Below are positions 28,851-38,475 of a stretch of DNA of 64,000 nt, in pieces (within the stretch, counting starts at the first letter, position 1; every line of letters begins with the position of its first letter). The position numbers and the translations under genes were made by a program. A model generated the notes under the pieces. It was not told the origin of the DNA. It made no database searches and saw only the letters and a list, made by a program, of their open reading frames with translations. Origin of the DNA: Candidatus Staskawiczbacteria bacterium (lineage in GTDB: Bacteria > Patescibacteriota > Minisyncoccia > Minisyncoccales > Staskawiczbacteraceae); assembly GCA_026395295.1 (NCBI GenBank), contig JAPLYZ010000006.1, positions 21,836 through 85,835 of the forward strand, written 5' to 3'.

Positions 28851-30014
28851 ATGAGTAATAAAATTGTCATACAAGACCTGCCTACCGGTCAGGCAGGCAA
28901 AAAGGAGAAAGAATTGATTAAGGAATTAGAGAAAAGGACCGACATAAAAGCAGAGAGAATAAAAAGGCTTTTAAAACTCCCAGACCTGACAAAAAAGGAA
29001 AACTCTCCTGTAAAAATTTTGTTTGACCAAATTTTAAAACTTCCAAGGTTTAAGGACTTTGATTTGATTGACTTCCCAAAAATAATAAGTGTTGAGGACG
29101 ACTTCGACCTCTTGAACACGCCGAAAGACCACCCCAGCAGAAGGGAAACAGATACCTATTATGTGAACGACAAATACGTTTTGCGGACGCAAATGACAGC
29201 TATGTGGTCTTTTTATTTGAAAGACCAGGAAGTTTTGAAACGGCTGGAAAAGAGCGGGCAGATTGCAGTGTTGGCTCCTGGAATTGTTTACAGAAAAGAT
29301 GAAATTGATAAGCATCATTTTCCGGCTTTTCACCAAATTGACGGATTGTTAATTTGCAAAAAATCCCAGAAAATTATTACTCAGCAGGATTTGAAAGATG
29401 TGCAGGTTGACTTGGCTCAGGGTATTTTTGGCAAAGACATAGAATATAAATTTTTGGATGATGAATTTCCTTACACGGTTGAAAGTTTGGAAATGGATAT
29501 TATGTTTAACGGAGATTGGATGGAAGTTAACGGAGCCGGGCTTGTGAATCCCGTGGTTATGAAAAATTTCGGTATTGATCCGGAAGTTTATAATGGCTGG
29601 GCGTTTGGTTTTGGTGAAAGGCTGGCTATGATAAAAATGGGAATTCCCGACATCAGAATTTTGTGGTCAGAGGACCCGAGAATTACCAGTCAGTTCAAGG
29701 ACATAAACAGTAAATTTAAAGAAGTCAGTAAATATCCGCCGATTTCACGGGACATTTCTTTTATAATTGATAAAAATATAAACCTGAACAATTATTACGA
29801 GATTGTTCGCGACTTTGCCGAAAATTTAATTGAGGAGGTGAAACTCTTAGACAGCTACGAAAACGAGGAAAAGTTTGGAAAAGACAAAAAAAGTTATACA
29901 TTCAGAATTATTTATCGTTCGCCGGAAAAAACTTTAACCAATGAGGAGATAAATGTTATTCAAGAAAAAATCCGCGCCAAAACTGCCCAGGACCTAAGTG
30001 CAGTTTTACGCTAA
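28851..30014 (+). CDS. pheS: Single-chain phenylalanyl-tRNA synthetase (alpha catalytic domain + FDX-ACB anticodon-binding domain)
   Basis: HPSRRETDTYY, YRKDEID..HFPAFHQ, GWAFGFG.ERL, then SKYPPISRDISF...YRSPEKTLT. Confidence 0.85.
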   Translation: MSNKIVIQDLPTGQAGKKEKELIKELEKRTDIKAERIKRLLKLPDLTKKENSPVKILFDQILKLPRFKDFDLIDFPKIISVEDDFDLLNTPKDHPSRRETDTYYVNDKYVLRTQMTAMWSFYLKDQEVLKRLEKSGQIAVLAPGIVYRKDEIDKHHFPAFHQIDGLLICKKSQKIITQQDLKDVQVDLAQGIFGKDIEYKFLDDEFPYTVESLEMDIMFNGDWMEVNGAGLVNPVVMKNFGIDPEVYNGWAFGFGERLAMIKMGIPDIRILWSEDPRITSQFKDINSKFKEVSKYPPISRDISFIIDKNINLNNYYEIVRDFAENLIEEVKLLDSYENEEKFGKDKKSYTFRIIYRSPEKTLTNEEINVIQEKIRAKTAQDLSAVLR

Positions 30015-30024
30015 AATAAAAGTT

Positions 30025-32166
30025 ATGAAATTAAATATAAAATCTAAAGACGAGCCCGACAAAAACGTAAAACGCATTTTGACGGGCAGGGAGGTCGAGA
30101 AAAAGGAAGTTCCAAAGCCAGAAAAGAAAGTGGTAGAGAATTTGTCGAACGACAAAAAACCAACCACTTTGAAAAAGGAGGAGCGAAAAGCTGAAATCAT
30201 AAAAGAGCCGGTGAAGTCAGAGATTGAGCCGCCAACCGGGTCGGAACCCAAGAAAAAAAGGAAAGAAGGGGAGTATACTGCAAAAGACATCTATGTCTTG
30301 AAAGGTTTAGAGCCTGTCAGATTAAGGCCGGGAATGTATATTGGTTCTACCGGAGTAGATGGTCTGCACCACTTGATTTGGGAGGTTGTGGACAATTGTT
30401 TAGACGAAGCCATGGCCGGTTACGCCAAAAATATTGAAGTTACCTTGTTGCCAAACAGCAGAGTAAAAATTTCTGATGATGGCAGGGGAATTCCGGTTGA
30501 AAAACATCCTGACACCGGTAAATCAACGCTGGAAACGGTTTTGACAACATTGCATGCCGGAGGAAAATTCGGCGGGGAAGCCTATAAGGTCTCCGGCGGA
30601 TTACACGGAGTTGGAATTTCTGTTGTCTGCGCACTGTCAACTTATATGCTTTCTCACGTTGAGCGCGATGGAGGAATCTATGAGCAGGAATATTTCAGAG
30701 GAAAGCCAAAAGCCAATGTAAAGAAAATTGGCGATTCAAAGAGAACAGGGACTACTCAAACCTTTGATGCCGACCCTCAGATTTTTTCAAAAATAGAATA
30801 CGACCCAAAAAGAATTCTAAGTCATTTGCGCCAACAGGCATATTTAACCAAAGGCGTAAGGATAACTTTTAAAGACGAAAGAATAAAAGGCCAGGAAACC
30901 AGTTATGATTTTTATTTTGAAGGAGGAGTTGGTTCGTATGTAAAATATCTGGTTCAAGGAAACACCCCAAGGCATCCGAATATTTTCTCCATTGCCGCGG
31001 AGAAAGAGGGAATTTGGGTTGAAGCGGCTTTTCAGTATACGCAGGAAATGGAATGCACCGAGGAATCTTTTGCCAACAACATTTATACAGTTGAGGGCGG
31101 AACTCACATTTCCGGTTTCCGCACATCTTTAACAAGGTCATTGAATGATTACGCCAGGCGCGAAGGGTTTTTGAAGGAAAAAGATGAAAATTTTTCCGGA
31201 GACGATGTCAGGGAAGGTTTAACTGCTGTTGTTTCTGTAAAAATTAGAACTCCGCAATTTGAAGGTCAGACAAAAGCAAAGCTGGGGAATCCGGAAGCTA
31301 AAAATGCCGTTGAAGCGGCAACCTCCGAAGGGTTGTCAGATTATTTGGAAAGAAATCCTTCAGACGCCAGATCAATCATAGAAAACTGTTTACTGGCGAC
31401 CAAGGCCAGGTTAGCTGCAAAGGCAGCAAGACAAACGGTTTTGAGAAAGGGCGCTCTAGAGGGGTTAGCTCTGCCGGGAAAGCTGGCCGATTGCTTGTCG
31501 CGCAAACCGGAAGAGTCGGAAATTTATATCGTTGAGGGAGATTCTGCCGGCGGTTCCAGCAAAATGGCTCGAGACAGAAGATTTCAGGCAATTCTGCCTT
31601 TGCGCGGGAAAATTTTGAATGTGGAAAGAGCAAGATTAGACAAAATGCTGGTATCAAAAGAAATCAAAGCGTTAATTATTGCCATGGGAACCGGCATTGG
31701 AGAAGATTTTGATATTACGAAATTAAGATATCATAGAATTGTAATTATGACCGATGCCGACGTTGATGGGGCTCATATCCGCACATTGCTTTTGACGTTT
31801 TTTTACAGGCACTTCAAACCGGTTGTTGATGCTGGCCATATTTACATTGCTCAACCGCCTCTTTATAAAATTCAGTCTGGTAAAAATGTTCAGTATGCTT
31901 ATACAGATGAGCAAAGAGACAAAATTTTGAAAGATATTGGCAAAGTTTCTGTGTCTATACAGCGCTATAAGGGCTTGGGAGAAATGAATCCCGAACAGCT
32001 TTGGGAAACAACAATGAATCCGGAAAACAGAACTTTGTTGCAGGTTGCAGTTGAAGAAGCCCACGTGGCAGACAAAACTTTGGATATTTTAATGGGCGAG
32101 GAAGTTGAACCTCGAAAGAAATTTATTCAAACTCACGCTAAAGCCGCAAGAAATATAGATATATAA
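30025..32166 (+). CDS. gyrB: DNA gyrase subunit B (charged N-terminal extension)
   Basis: RPGMYIG, EGDSAGG, PLRGK, DADVDG, RYKGLGEMN. Confidence 0.95.
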   Translation: MKLNIKSKDEPDKNVKRILTGREVEKKEVPKPEKKVVENLSNDKKPTTLKKEERKAEIIKEPVKSEIEPPTGSEPKKKRKEGEYTAKDIYVLKGLEPVRLRPGMYIGSTGVDGLHHLIWEVVDNCLDEAMAGYAKNIEVTLLPNSRVKISDDGRGIPVEKHPDTGKSTLETVLTTLHAGGKFGGEAYKVSGGLHGVGISVVCALSTYMLSHVERDGGIYEQEYFRGKPKANVKKIGDSKRTGTTQTFDADPQIFSKIEYDPKRILSHLRQQAYLTKGVRITFKDERIKGQETSYDFYFEGGVGSYVKYLVQGNTPRHPNIFSIAAEKEGIWVEAAFQYTQEMECTEESFANNIYTVEGGTHISGFRTSLTRSLNDYARREGFLKEKDENFSGDDVREGLTAVVSVKIRTPQFEGQTKAKLGNPEAKNAVEAATSEGLSDYLERNPSDARSIIENCLLATKARLAAKAARQTVLRKGALEGLALPGKLADCLSRKPEESEIYIVEGDSAGGSSKMARDRRFQAILPLRGKILNVERARLDKMLVSKEIKALIIAMGTGIGEDFDITKLRYHRIVIMTDADVDGAHIRTLLLTFFYRHFKPVVDAGHIYIAQPPLYKIQSGKNVQYAYTDEQRDKILKDIGKVSVSIQRYKGLGEMNPEQLWETTMNPENRTLLQVAVEEAHVADKTLDILMGEEVEPRKKFIQTHAKAARNIDI

Positions 32167-32172
32167 AAAATT

Positions 32173-33744
32173 ATGGATTTGCATCTTCTCATACATAACA
32201 TTGGTTTTATCGTCGGAGCAGCCATAGGCTTATCAATGGGTATTTTTGTATTATCCAGAAACCCGCGTCGCCCTTTGAATATTTTGTTTTTCCTCACCGC
32301 CTTTTCCACTGTTGTATTCCAGGTGTCCCATATAATCGGCACTAATATCACCGACCCATATCTTTCTCGAAATGTTTTAATGTTTAACGCCGTAAACTTG
32401 TTTATTGTTGTTTTTCTTTTTCACTTCACAGCCGTTTATACGAATCGCAGTCATGAACTTCGTTGGCAAATAACTTGCTCGTATGCTTTCGGAGCCATTC
32501 TGCTCGCTATATATCTCATATTTCCAGATACATTTCTTCTTCCATCTGTGTCGAAAATGTATCTTCCAAACTATTATGTTCCTGGTAGCCTGCATTTTGT
32601 TATGAGGATTTTTTCTAACATCCTTATGCCCGCTTACATTGCATATTTTTGTCTCAGAGAAATCTTCACAACCAACGATCCCATCTTGCGAGTCCGCCTC
32701 AAATATTTTCTTTTTATCCACTCTTATGCATTCGTGCTTGGTTCTCTTGCGGTCTTGCTTGTATACAATATTCAATTTGACCCTGCATGGGCGGCATTAT
32801 GCGGTCTTTATCCTATACCATTTGCCTATGTTATTTTCAAATATGAATTTTTAGATATAAAAATTTATTCTAAAAGAGCCATTGGCTATGCATTTGCCGT
32901 CGGTTTGCTGGCCTTTCTAATTGGTTCAGTCCAGATTGCCAATAAGTATCTTTCTACCCGTTACTCAGATTTTTCCCCCCTCTTTGTATATTTAATTTCT
33001 GCAGTGATAGCTGTAACTATAGGCGTTTTAGTTTGGAAAAGGGCCCGCGAGTCAGATCTCGCAAAGTTTGAGTTCGTAGATATTGTCACTCATAAGTTTA
33101 GAACGCCTCTTACCAGGATTAACTGGTCAATAGAGACATTACGCCAGCGAGAAAAATTTTTTAACGATGACGAAAGGCATGCTATTGAAGCCATTATGCG
33201 TTCGACCACTCAGCTTGTTGAATTGACTAATATGCTTGTGGCCTTAGATGAGTCTGAAAAAAATCCCCTTTTCCACAATGAGAAAATATCTATGCCAAAA
33301 ATAGCAGAAGACATAGTTTTATCCTGTCAGTCAGAAGCGCAGAAAAAAGGCGTGAAGTTGTCCATCAAGGAAGACGTGACTCCACCGGACATATTCATAG
33401 ATAAAAAGCAGATCCACTTTATACTTGGAGTGCTGATAGATAATGCTTTAATATACACGCCGTCGGGAAGAGAGATAACCATTACAATCAAAAAAGAGGG
33501 TAGGACTGTTGCCTGCAATGTGAAAGACGAAGGCATAGGCATTTCTAAAGACGACCAAAATCATATATTCTCTAAATTTTATAGGGCAAAGAACGCTCGG
33601 CACACTTATACCGAAGGGTCTGGTGTTGGATTGTACGTGGCAAGGGCCTTGGCTAAGAGAAATGGCGGCAATATTTTTTTCAAATCAGAGGGAGAAGGCA
33701 AGGGAACCACTTTTACTTTAAAACTGCCAGCGGCAAAAGGCTAG
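32173..33744 (+). CDS. Membrane sensor histidine kinase (7TM-type N-terminus)
   Basis: Multiple TM; THKFRTPLT H-box; DEGIGI, GSGVGL. Confidence 0.85.
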   Translation: MDLHLLIHNIGFIVGAAIGLSMGIFVLSRNPRRPLNILFFLTAFSTVVFQVSHIIGTNITDPYLSRNVLMFNAVNLFIVVFLFHFTAVYTNRSHELRWQITCSYAFGAILLAIYLIFPDTFLLPSVSKMYLPNYYVPGSLHFVMRIFSNILMPAYIAYFCLREIFTTNDPILRVRLKYFLFIHSYAFVLGSLAVLLVYNIQFDPAWAALCGLYPIPFAYVIFKYEFLDIKIYSKRAIGYAFAVGLLAFLIGSVQIANKYLSTRYSDFSPLFVYLISAVIAVTIGVLVWKRARESDLAKFEFVDIVTHKFRTPLTRINWSIETLRQREKFFNDDERHAIEAIMRSTTQLVELTNMLVALDESEKNPLFHNEKISMPKIAEDIVLSCQSEAQKKGVKLSIKEDVTPPDIFIDKKQIHFILGVLIDNALIYTPSGREITITIKKEGRTVACNVKDEGIGISKDDQNHIFSKFYRAKNARHTYTEGSGVGLYVARALAKRNGGNIFFKSEGEGKGTTFTLKLPAAKG

Positions 33745-33766
33745 CTTGCTGAAAGGCTATTGGGGC

Positions 33767-33824
33767 TTGACAAGGCTTGCTTTAAGAGGTAATATATAAA
33801 ACAATAGGAGTAGCACTTTGTCAA
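33767..33824 (+). promoter_or_regulatory. Sigma70 promoter plus boxA-like motif (unit F)
   Basis: TTGACA-17-TAATAT; GCACTTTGTCAA at 33813. Confidence 0.55.
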
Positions 33825-33858
33825 ATCAACAAAACTCCTAAACCCAGAAAGGCCAATT

Positions 33859-34161
33859 ATGAATAAAGTGGAAGCGTTAGTCAGCAGTCAAGGACTATAC
33901 ATTGTGGTCGTGCTGGTCGAGATGGTGTCGGTTTTCCGTCGATCACGCGACAACGCAAAAGAGTTTTTTGTGGTGACCGTAGTCGGTCAAGGTAGTGTTG
34001 GCGCCAACCTGATTGCGGCTGGCAAGGATGCAGGGCTCACGCCCACGGATATTGGCTTTGTTGCCCATAAGCTTCAAATTCCTTTACCCGAAGACGCCGG
34101 CATCCCCGACATGCACGAGCCCCGTGGCAAGGCTAACAGGTTCACCTTCGCCCTTCCGTAA
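33859..34161 (+). CDS. Hypothetical protein
   Basis: GC-richer ORF with AAAGG RBS and terminator at about 34178-34210. Confidence 0.55.
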   Translation: MNKVEALVSSQGLYIVVVLVEMVSVFRRSRDNAKEFFVVTVVGQGSVGANLIAAGKDAGLTPTDIGFVAHKLQIPLPEDAGIPDMHEPRGKANRFTFALP

Positions 34162-34308
34162 GGGTGAACAAAACAGCAAGAGCGTTCCACTTGGAGCGCT
34201 TCTTTTTTTTACAGGTATTGACTTATTGCTTGGCTTAATATAACATTAAATATAGATGGCCTTCGGGCCTTTTTAAGAACCATAGAAAGTGCTAAAATTT
34301 ATTTAATT

Positions 34309-34503
34309 ATGACAATTACACAAAAAATTAATTTGTTTTTTAAAGAAGTCTGGGTAGAAATGAAGAGGGTGAGCTGGCTTTCGAAAAAGGATATTTGGAG
34401 ATATACGTTGATTGTTCTGGGAGTCACTATTGCGGCAGCAGCCTTTTTGGGCGGGTTAGATTACATTTTTACAGAAATAATTAAAAGGTTTGTTCTAAAA
34501 TAA
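34309..34503 (+). CDS. secE: Preprotein translocase subunit SecE
   Basis: EMKRVSW...GGLD; upstream of nusG. Confidence 0.9.
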   Translation: MTITQKINLFFKEVWVEMKRVSWLSKKDIWRYTLIVLGVTIAAAAFLGGLDYIFTEIIKRFVLK

Positions 34504-34504
34504 T

Positions 34505-35053
34505 ATGCCAAAACAAGTTATAGAACAGGAAAAAAATTGGTATGTGATTCACACATACTCGGGATACGAGGATGCCGTTGCTAAAAACCTCAAACAAAGG
34601 ATTGAGAGTTTGGGCATGGAAGACAAAATTTTTAATGTTATAGTTCCGAAGGAAAAAAAAATAAAAATTAAAAACGGAAAAAGAAAAGCATACGAGGAGA
34701 AAATTTATCCGGGTTATGTTTTGGTCCAAATGCTGGTAACCGACGAATCGTGGTATGTGGTCAGAAACACCCCCAGAGTTACAGGATTTTTAGGGGCGGG
34801 AACTACTCCAATACCGGTTTCTGCGCCTGATATGGCAGACCTGATGAAGAGAATGGAGGTATCTGAGCCCGAGTTTACAATTGATTTTGAGATTGGAGCT
34901 ACAGTCAAGGTGGTTGACGGGCCGTTTAAGGGTTTTGAAGGAAAAGTTTCAGAGATTGATAAAGAAAGAGGAAAAATTAAAGTTTTAGTTAATATGTTTG
35001 GAAGAGACACTCCGGTTGAACTGGATTCATTACAAATTAAAAAAGTAGAGTAA
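34505..35053 (+). CDS. nusG: Transcription factor NusG
   Basis: [24 protein letters not shown] motif. Confidence 0.95.
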   Translation: MPKQVIEQEKNWYVIHTYSGYEDAVAKNLKQRIESLGMEDKIFNVIVPKEKKIKIKNGKRKAYEEKIYPGYVLVQMLVTDESWYVVRNTPRVTGFLGAGTTPIPVSAPDMADLMKRMEVSEPEFTIDFEIGATVKVVDGPFKGFEGKVSEIDKERGKIKVLVNMFGRDTPVELDSLQIKKVE

Positions 35054-35165
35054 ATTATGCTCGGCAACAAACTTTTTTCCGTTGCTGGTAACCCCCTTTG
35101 TCGCTGTGGCGACAAGTGGACCAGGGACTACAAAAAGTTTATTGCCTCGCTTACACGATAATTTT

Positions 35166-35591
35166 ATGGCAAAAGAATTAAAAGCAGTAGTAAAAATACA
35201 AATTCCGGCAGGGAAAGCAACACCGGCTCCTCCAATAGGGCCTGCGTTGGCTCAGCATGGTTTGAACATTGCTGAGTTCTGTCAGAAGTTTAATGCCGCC
35301 ACTCAGCAGATGGTTGGTTTTACAATCCCGGCAGAGGTTACAATTTACAAAGACAGGTCTTACACCTTTAAACTAAAAACACCTTTGGCGTCTGAGTTGA
35401 TTAAAAAAGCCATAGGAATTGAAAAGGGGTCCGGCGCGCCCAACAAAACAAAGGTGGGTAAGATAACCAAGTCGCAGTTGAAAGAAATTGCGGTAAAGAA
35501 AATGCCCGACTTGAACACCACAGACATTGAGCAGGCGATTAAAATAATTGCCGGCACCGCCAAAAACATGGGAGTGGAGGTAAAAGACTAA
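35166..35591 (+). CDS. rplK: 50S ribosomal protein L11
   Basis: [14 protein letters not shown]...[12 protein letters not shown] at 35166. Confidence 0.95.
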   Translation: MAKELKAVVKIQIPAGKATPAPPIGPALAQHGLNIAEFCQKFNAATQQMVGFTIPAEVTIYKDRSYTFKLKTPLASELIKKAIGIEKGSGAPNKTKVGKITKSQLKEIAVKKMPDLNTTDIEQAIKIIAGTAKNMGVEVKD

Positions 35592-35600
35592 ATGTAAATT

Positions 35601-35630
35601 AAAAGCCACTGGCAACAACCAGTGGTTTTT
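35601..35630. terminator. Bidirectional terminator
   Basis: AAAAGCCACTGG-caacaa-CCAGTGGTTTTT. Confidence 0.7.
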
Positions 35631-35636
35631 GTATTG

Positions 35637-36311
35637 CTATCTGGTGATGAATGACAATTGCTGGGTTACTGATACATTCCCGGAAGCATCTGTTGCTCGG
35701 ATAATGTAATAGTATGTTGTGTTGGTTTGCAGATTACCAAGGGTGACACTTTGGGCATTTGCCGCATATGCTGTTGAAACGTTCAAACCTCCTAATATCG
35801 TCGGATTAGAGAAGTTTCCAACTGCTTCTGTAACACTAAATGGGTATGTGCTGTAGAATACCACTCCTGAAGCATATCCTGTGGCAGTCCAATTAATTGT
35901 GGCGCTATTGGAGAATGTTTGTACAGATGTATCGTATATTGTTGGTCCATATACATCTATGCCATATTGTCTTGCCATGGTGTTGTTAATTGACGCAAAA
36001 GTTGCCGGTCCTACATTTCCTAACGTTTGGATTCCATAGCTCAATTGGTATTGCTGAACCGCGGCTTCTGTTAATGGTCCATAATATCCTGTAACTCTTC
36101 CCGAAGGATAAATGTCGGAATTTGATGCCAAGAATATTTGTAATTTGGAAACATCGCTTCCTGTAGATCCTACTCCCATGTGCACGATAAGGGGTGTATT
36201 GGCAGATACTGTGAAATATCCATTGCTGGCTGATACAAGTCCTGCTGACATTAACAATGATGCTACTGCTATAGCCGATGTGACGACTATTGTTTTAATT
36301 TTTGTGTTCAT
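35637..36311 (-). CDS. Secreted peptidoglycan-binding + FN3-like protein
   Basis: Signal peptide; GSDVSKLQIFL...GYYGPLTEAAV; LQTNTTYYYIIRATDASGN. Confidence 0.8.
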   Translation of the reverse strand: MNTKIKTIVVTSAIAVASLLMSAGLVSASNGYFTVSANTPLIVHMGVGSTGSDVSKLQIFLASNSDIYPSGRVTGYYGPLTEAAVQQYQLSYGIQTLGNVGPATFASINNTMARQYGIDVYGPTIYDTSVQTFSNSATINWTATGYASGVVFYSTYPFSVTEAVGNFSNPTILGGLNVSTAYAANAQSVTLGNLQTNTTYYYIIRATDASGNVSVTQQLSFITR

Positions 36312-36443
36312 ATGTTTTTTTCACTATTTATATGTGTAAAGAATTTATTAGTGAAATTTTTATTGTGTTCTGTATCGGCACAAACTCGACTTTACTGCTT
36401 ATCTGTGCCTTACATAAATGATGCCGTTCGCATAACTGGTATA

Positions 36444-36776
36444 TTACAGCCCTATTTCTTTGGCGATATTTTTCCAATGGCCCTTCAGCTCGTCTGAAAA
36501 TTCTGCGACATCTTTTTTGTTTATATTTTTTAATACCTGGTATTTTCCAGAAACTTCTTTTATAATTTTTTTATAAGCGCTCTCGCTGATCTCGGAAAGA
36601 TTCTCCAATTGTTCTAATACTTCGCCTTTTGCCTTAAGCATCCATGCTTTTATTTTCTTGCGGTTCTTTGCAGAGTCTTTTGCGCCGTAAAGAAAATAAG
36701 TCCCGGCTATTGCGGCGGCCACTGTCGCAACGCCCGCTCCCACAGCCGCGCCTTTAATTATTTGATGGTTTTTCAT
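36444..36776 (-). CDS. Hypothetical protein (YtxH-like, N-terminal anchor)
   Basis: Gly/Ala-rich TM followed by a helical charged region. Confidence 0.6.
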   Translation of the reverse strand: MKNHQIIKGAAVGAGVATVAAAIAGTYFLYGAKDSAKNRKKIKAWMLKAKGEVLEQLENLSEISESAYKKIIKEVSGKYQVLKNINKKDVAEFSDELKGHWKNIAKEIGL

Positions 36777-36788
36777 ATTTTTTAGTTT

Positions 36789-37070
36789 TTAATTATTTTT
36801 TTTCGACCTTTTACCACGATTTTTTAGAAACGATATTATGCTGGAAACAAAAGAAATAATTATAGCTTCTCCGCCCTTAATTTTGTCACGCGCGCTTTCT
36901 AGGTCATCTGCAATTTTTTTCGATTCATTTTTGATTATCTCCAGAAAATAAAGCACATTTTTTAAAATTGAGATAGTATAAGCTATCAAGATTACAAAAA
37001 TTGCTAAAATAAAGATTAGAAAAATGCTAATGACAGAGAATAAAATGTTTGTAATAATTGTTGTGTCCAT
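36789..37070 (-). CDS. Small membrane protein
   Basis: TM plus coiled coil. Confidence 0.6.
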   Translation of the reverse strand: MDTTIITNILFSVISIFLIFILAIFVILIAYTISILKNVLYFLEIIKNESKKIADDLESARDKIKGGEAIIISFVSSIISFLKNRGKRSKKNN

Positions 37071-37103
37071 AGTCCTATGTTTTTAAATAGTCGAAAATAA
37101 AGT

Positions 37104-37697
37104 CTATTTAGACTTTTTGAGACCATTGACCTCTCTTTCCAATTTTTTAACATACTCTTCCAGTTTTAGGGTTCTTTCTGAAAATTTTTCTTCAAGGTTT
37201 TTCGTGTGTCCTACAAGGGTTTCGGCAATGATCATCATATCGGTAATGTCTTCAATCGCGAGAAGTATAATGGGGGGAAAAGCCTTCGAAGTGGCCCCGT
37301 CATCTTTGGCAAAATGAATTTGGCGGGCATTCAGAACCATTACCTTATGTCCTATAAAAGGAAAGTCGTGGATAACTTCAAAACCCTTAAAAAATGTATT
37401 TTTAGGCAGAATATCTTCAAGAAGTTTTTTCAAAGCGGGAATATTCCATTGACCATCTCCAAGTTCGTATACAACCTTGCTTTCCGTATCTGCCGGCTCT
37501 ACGTGAAATGTCCTGTAAAAAGGTTCATTGGCAACCAGCACTCGAAAATCCTTGTCAAGAACCAAAACAGGTTCTCGCACAACGTCTACTACGGTTTTAA
37601 TATATGACCATGATCTTTCCCACAGTTTTTCGAAAAAATCAGCGCTTATAACTGTTTGATTTATTTGGGTATCTATTTTCATGTTTTTTATTTTCAT
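37104..37697 (-). CDS. PAS domain protein
   Basis: VDVVREPVLVLD...ANEPFYRTF...LGDGQWNIP...LLAIEDIT. Confidence 0.8.
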   Translation of the reverse strand: MKIKNMKIDTQINQTVISADFFEKLWERSWSYIKTVVDVVREPVLVLDKDFRVLVANEPFYRTFHVEPADTESKVVYELGDGQWNIPALKKLLEDILPKNTFFKGFEVIHDFPFIGHKVMVLNARQIHFAKDDGATSKAFPPIILLAIEDITDMMIIAETLVGHTKNLEEKFSERTLKLEEYVKKLEREVNGLKKSK

Positions 37698-37957
37698 AAC
37701 ATTACGCCGAAAGAGAGTTTAAATTATTACAAGCTAAAAAACGGCGTGTGTCCGTATCTATCATATTGATAGTGTGCTATGCTTAGCTCCCCCGGCACCT
37801 TACAGTAATATTGTAATGTAAACGTAACTAAATATTCGTGAAATCATGCTTATTATTTATAATTTGTAATATTAGTGTAATATAATCTCAGTTTGTACGG
37901 CGTAATTTATCTGACCTAAAAAGGTCTAAAAAATATATCGCTACGCTATGTAAACTT

Positions 37958-38475
37958 ATGACAGAAACACAAGAAACACAATTAAGAGCAATATTGACTT
38001 CGGCTCACCTCAACTACGAGAAGAAGCTTAATTTACATGCCTGTTTTAAGCTGAGCGACTGTTCTCTTGGAGAAGATTTGGTGCAGGATACTTTTTTGAA
38101 AACATGGATTTACCTTGTTAGGGGGGGAAGATCGATATAATGAGATCCTTTCTCTACCATATATTAAATGACCTCATTATTGACGAATATAGAAAACACA
38201 AGACACATTCTTCTTTAAACAATCTTATGGAAAAAGGTTTTGAGCCAACAAGCGCCGGTAGCCCCGAGCGTTTTTTTAACTTTCTGGACGGCAAGGCCTC
38301 ACTTCTTTTGATCAGTCGGTTGCCAGAAACATATCAGAAGGTTATGCATATGCGATATATCCAGGAACTATCAATAAAAGAAATGTCGCTGATTACAGGA
38401 CAATCAAAAAATAGTATTACTGTGAAGGCTCATAGGGGGTTAAAAAAATTAAAAAAATTATATGAAAATCAATAA
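37958..38475 (+). pseudogene. ECF sigma factor split by a 1-nt frameshift in a G7 tract
   Basis: Region 2 (EDLVQDTFLKTW) in the first ORF; FLYHILNDLIIDEYRK and region 4 in the second; G7 at 38121-38127. Confidence 0.8.

Noticed and set aside
30025..30270. Intein or frameshift in the gyrB N-terminal extension
   Set aside because: Low-complexity K/E/P linker in frame; no intein motifs
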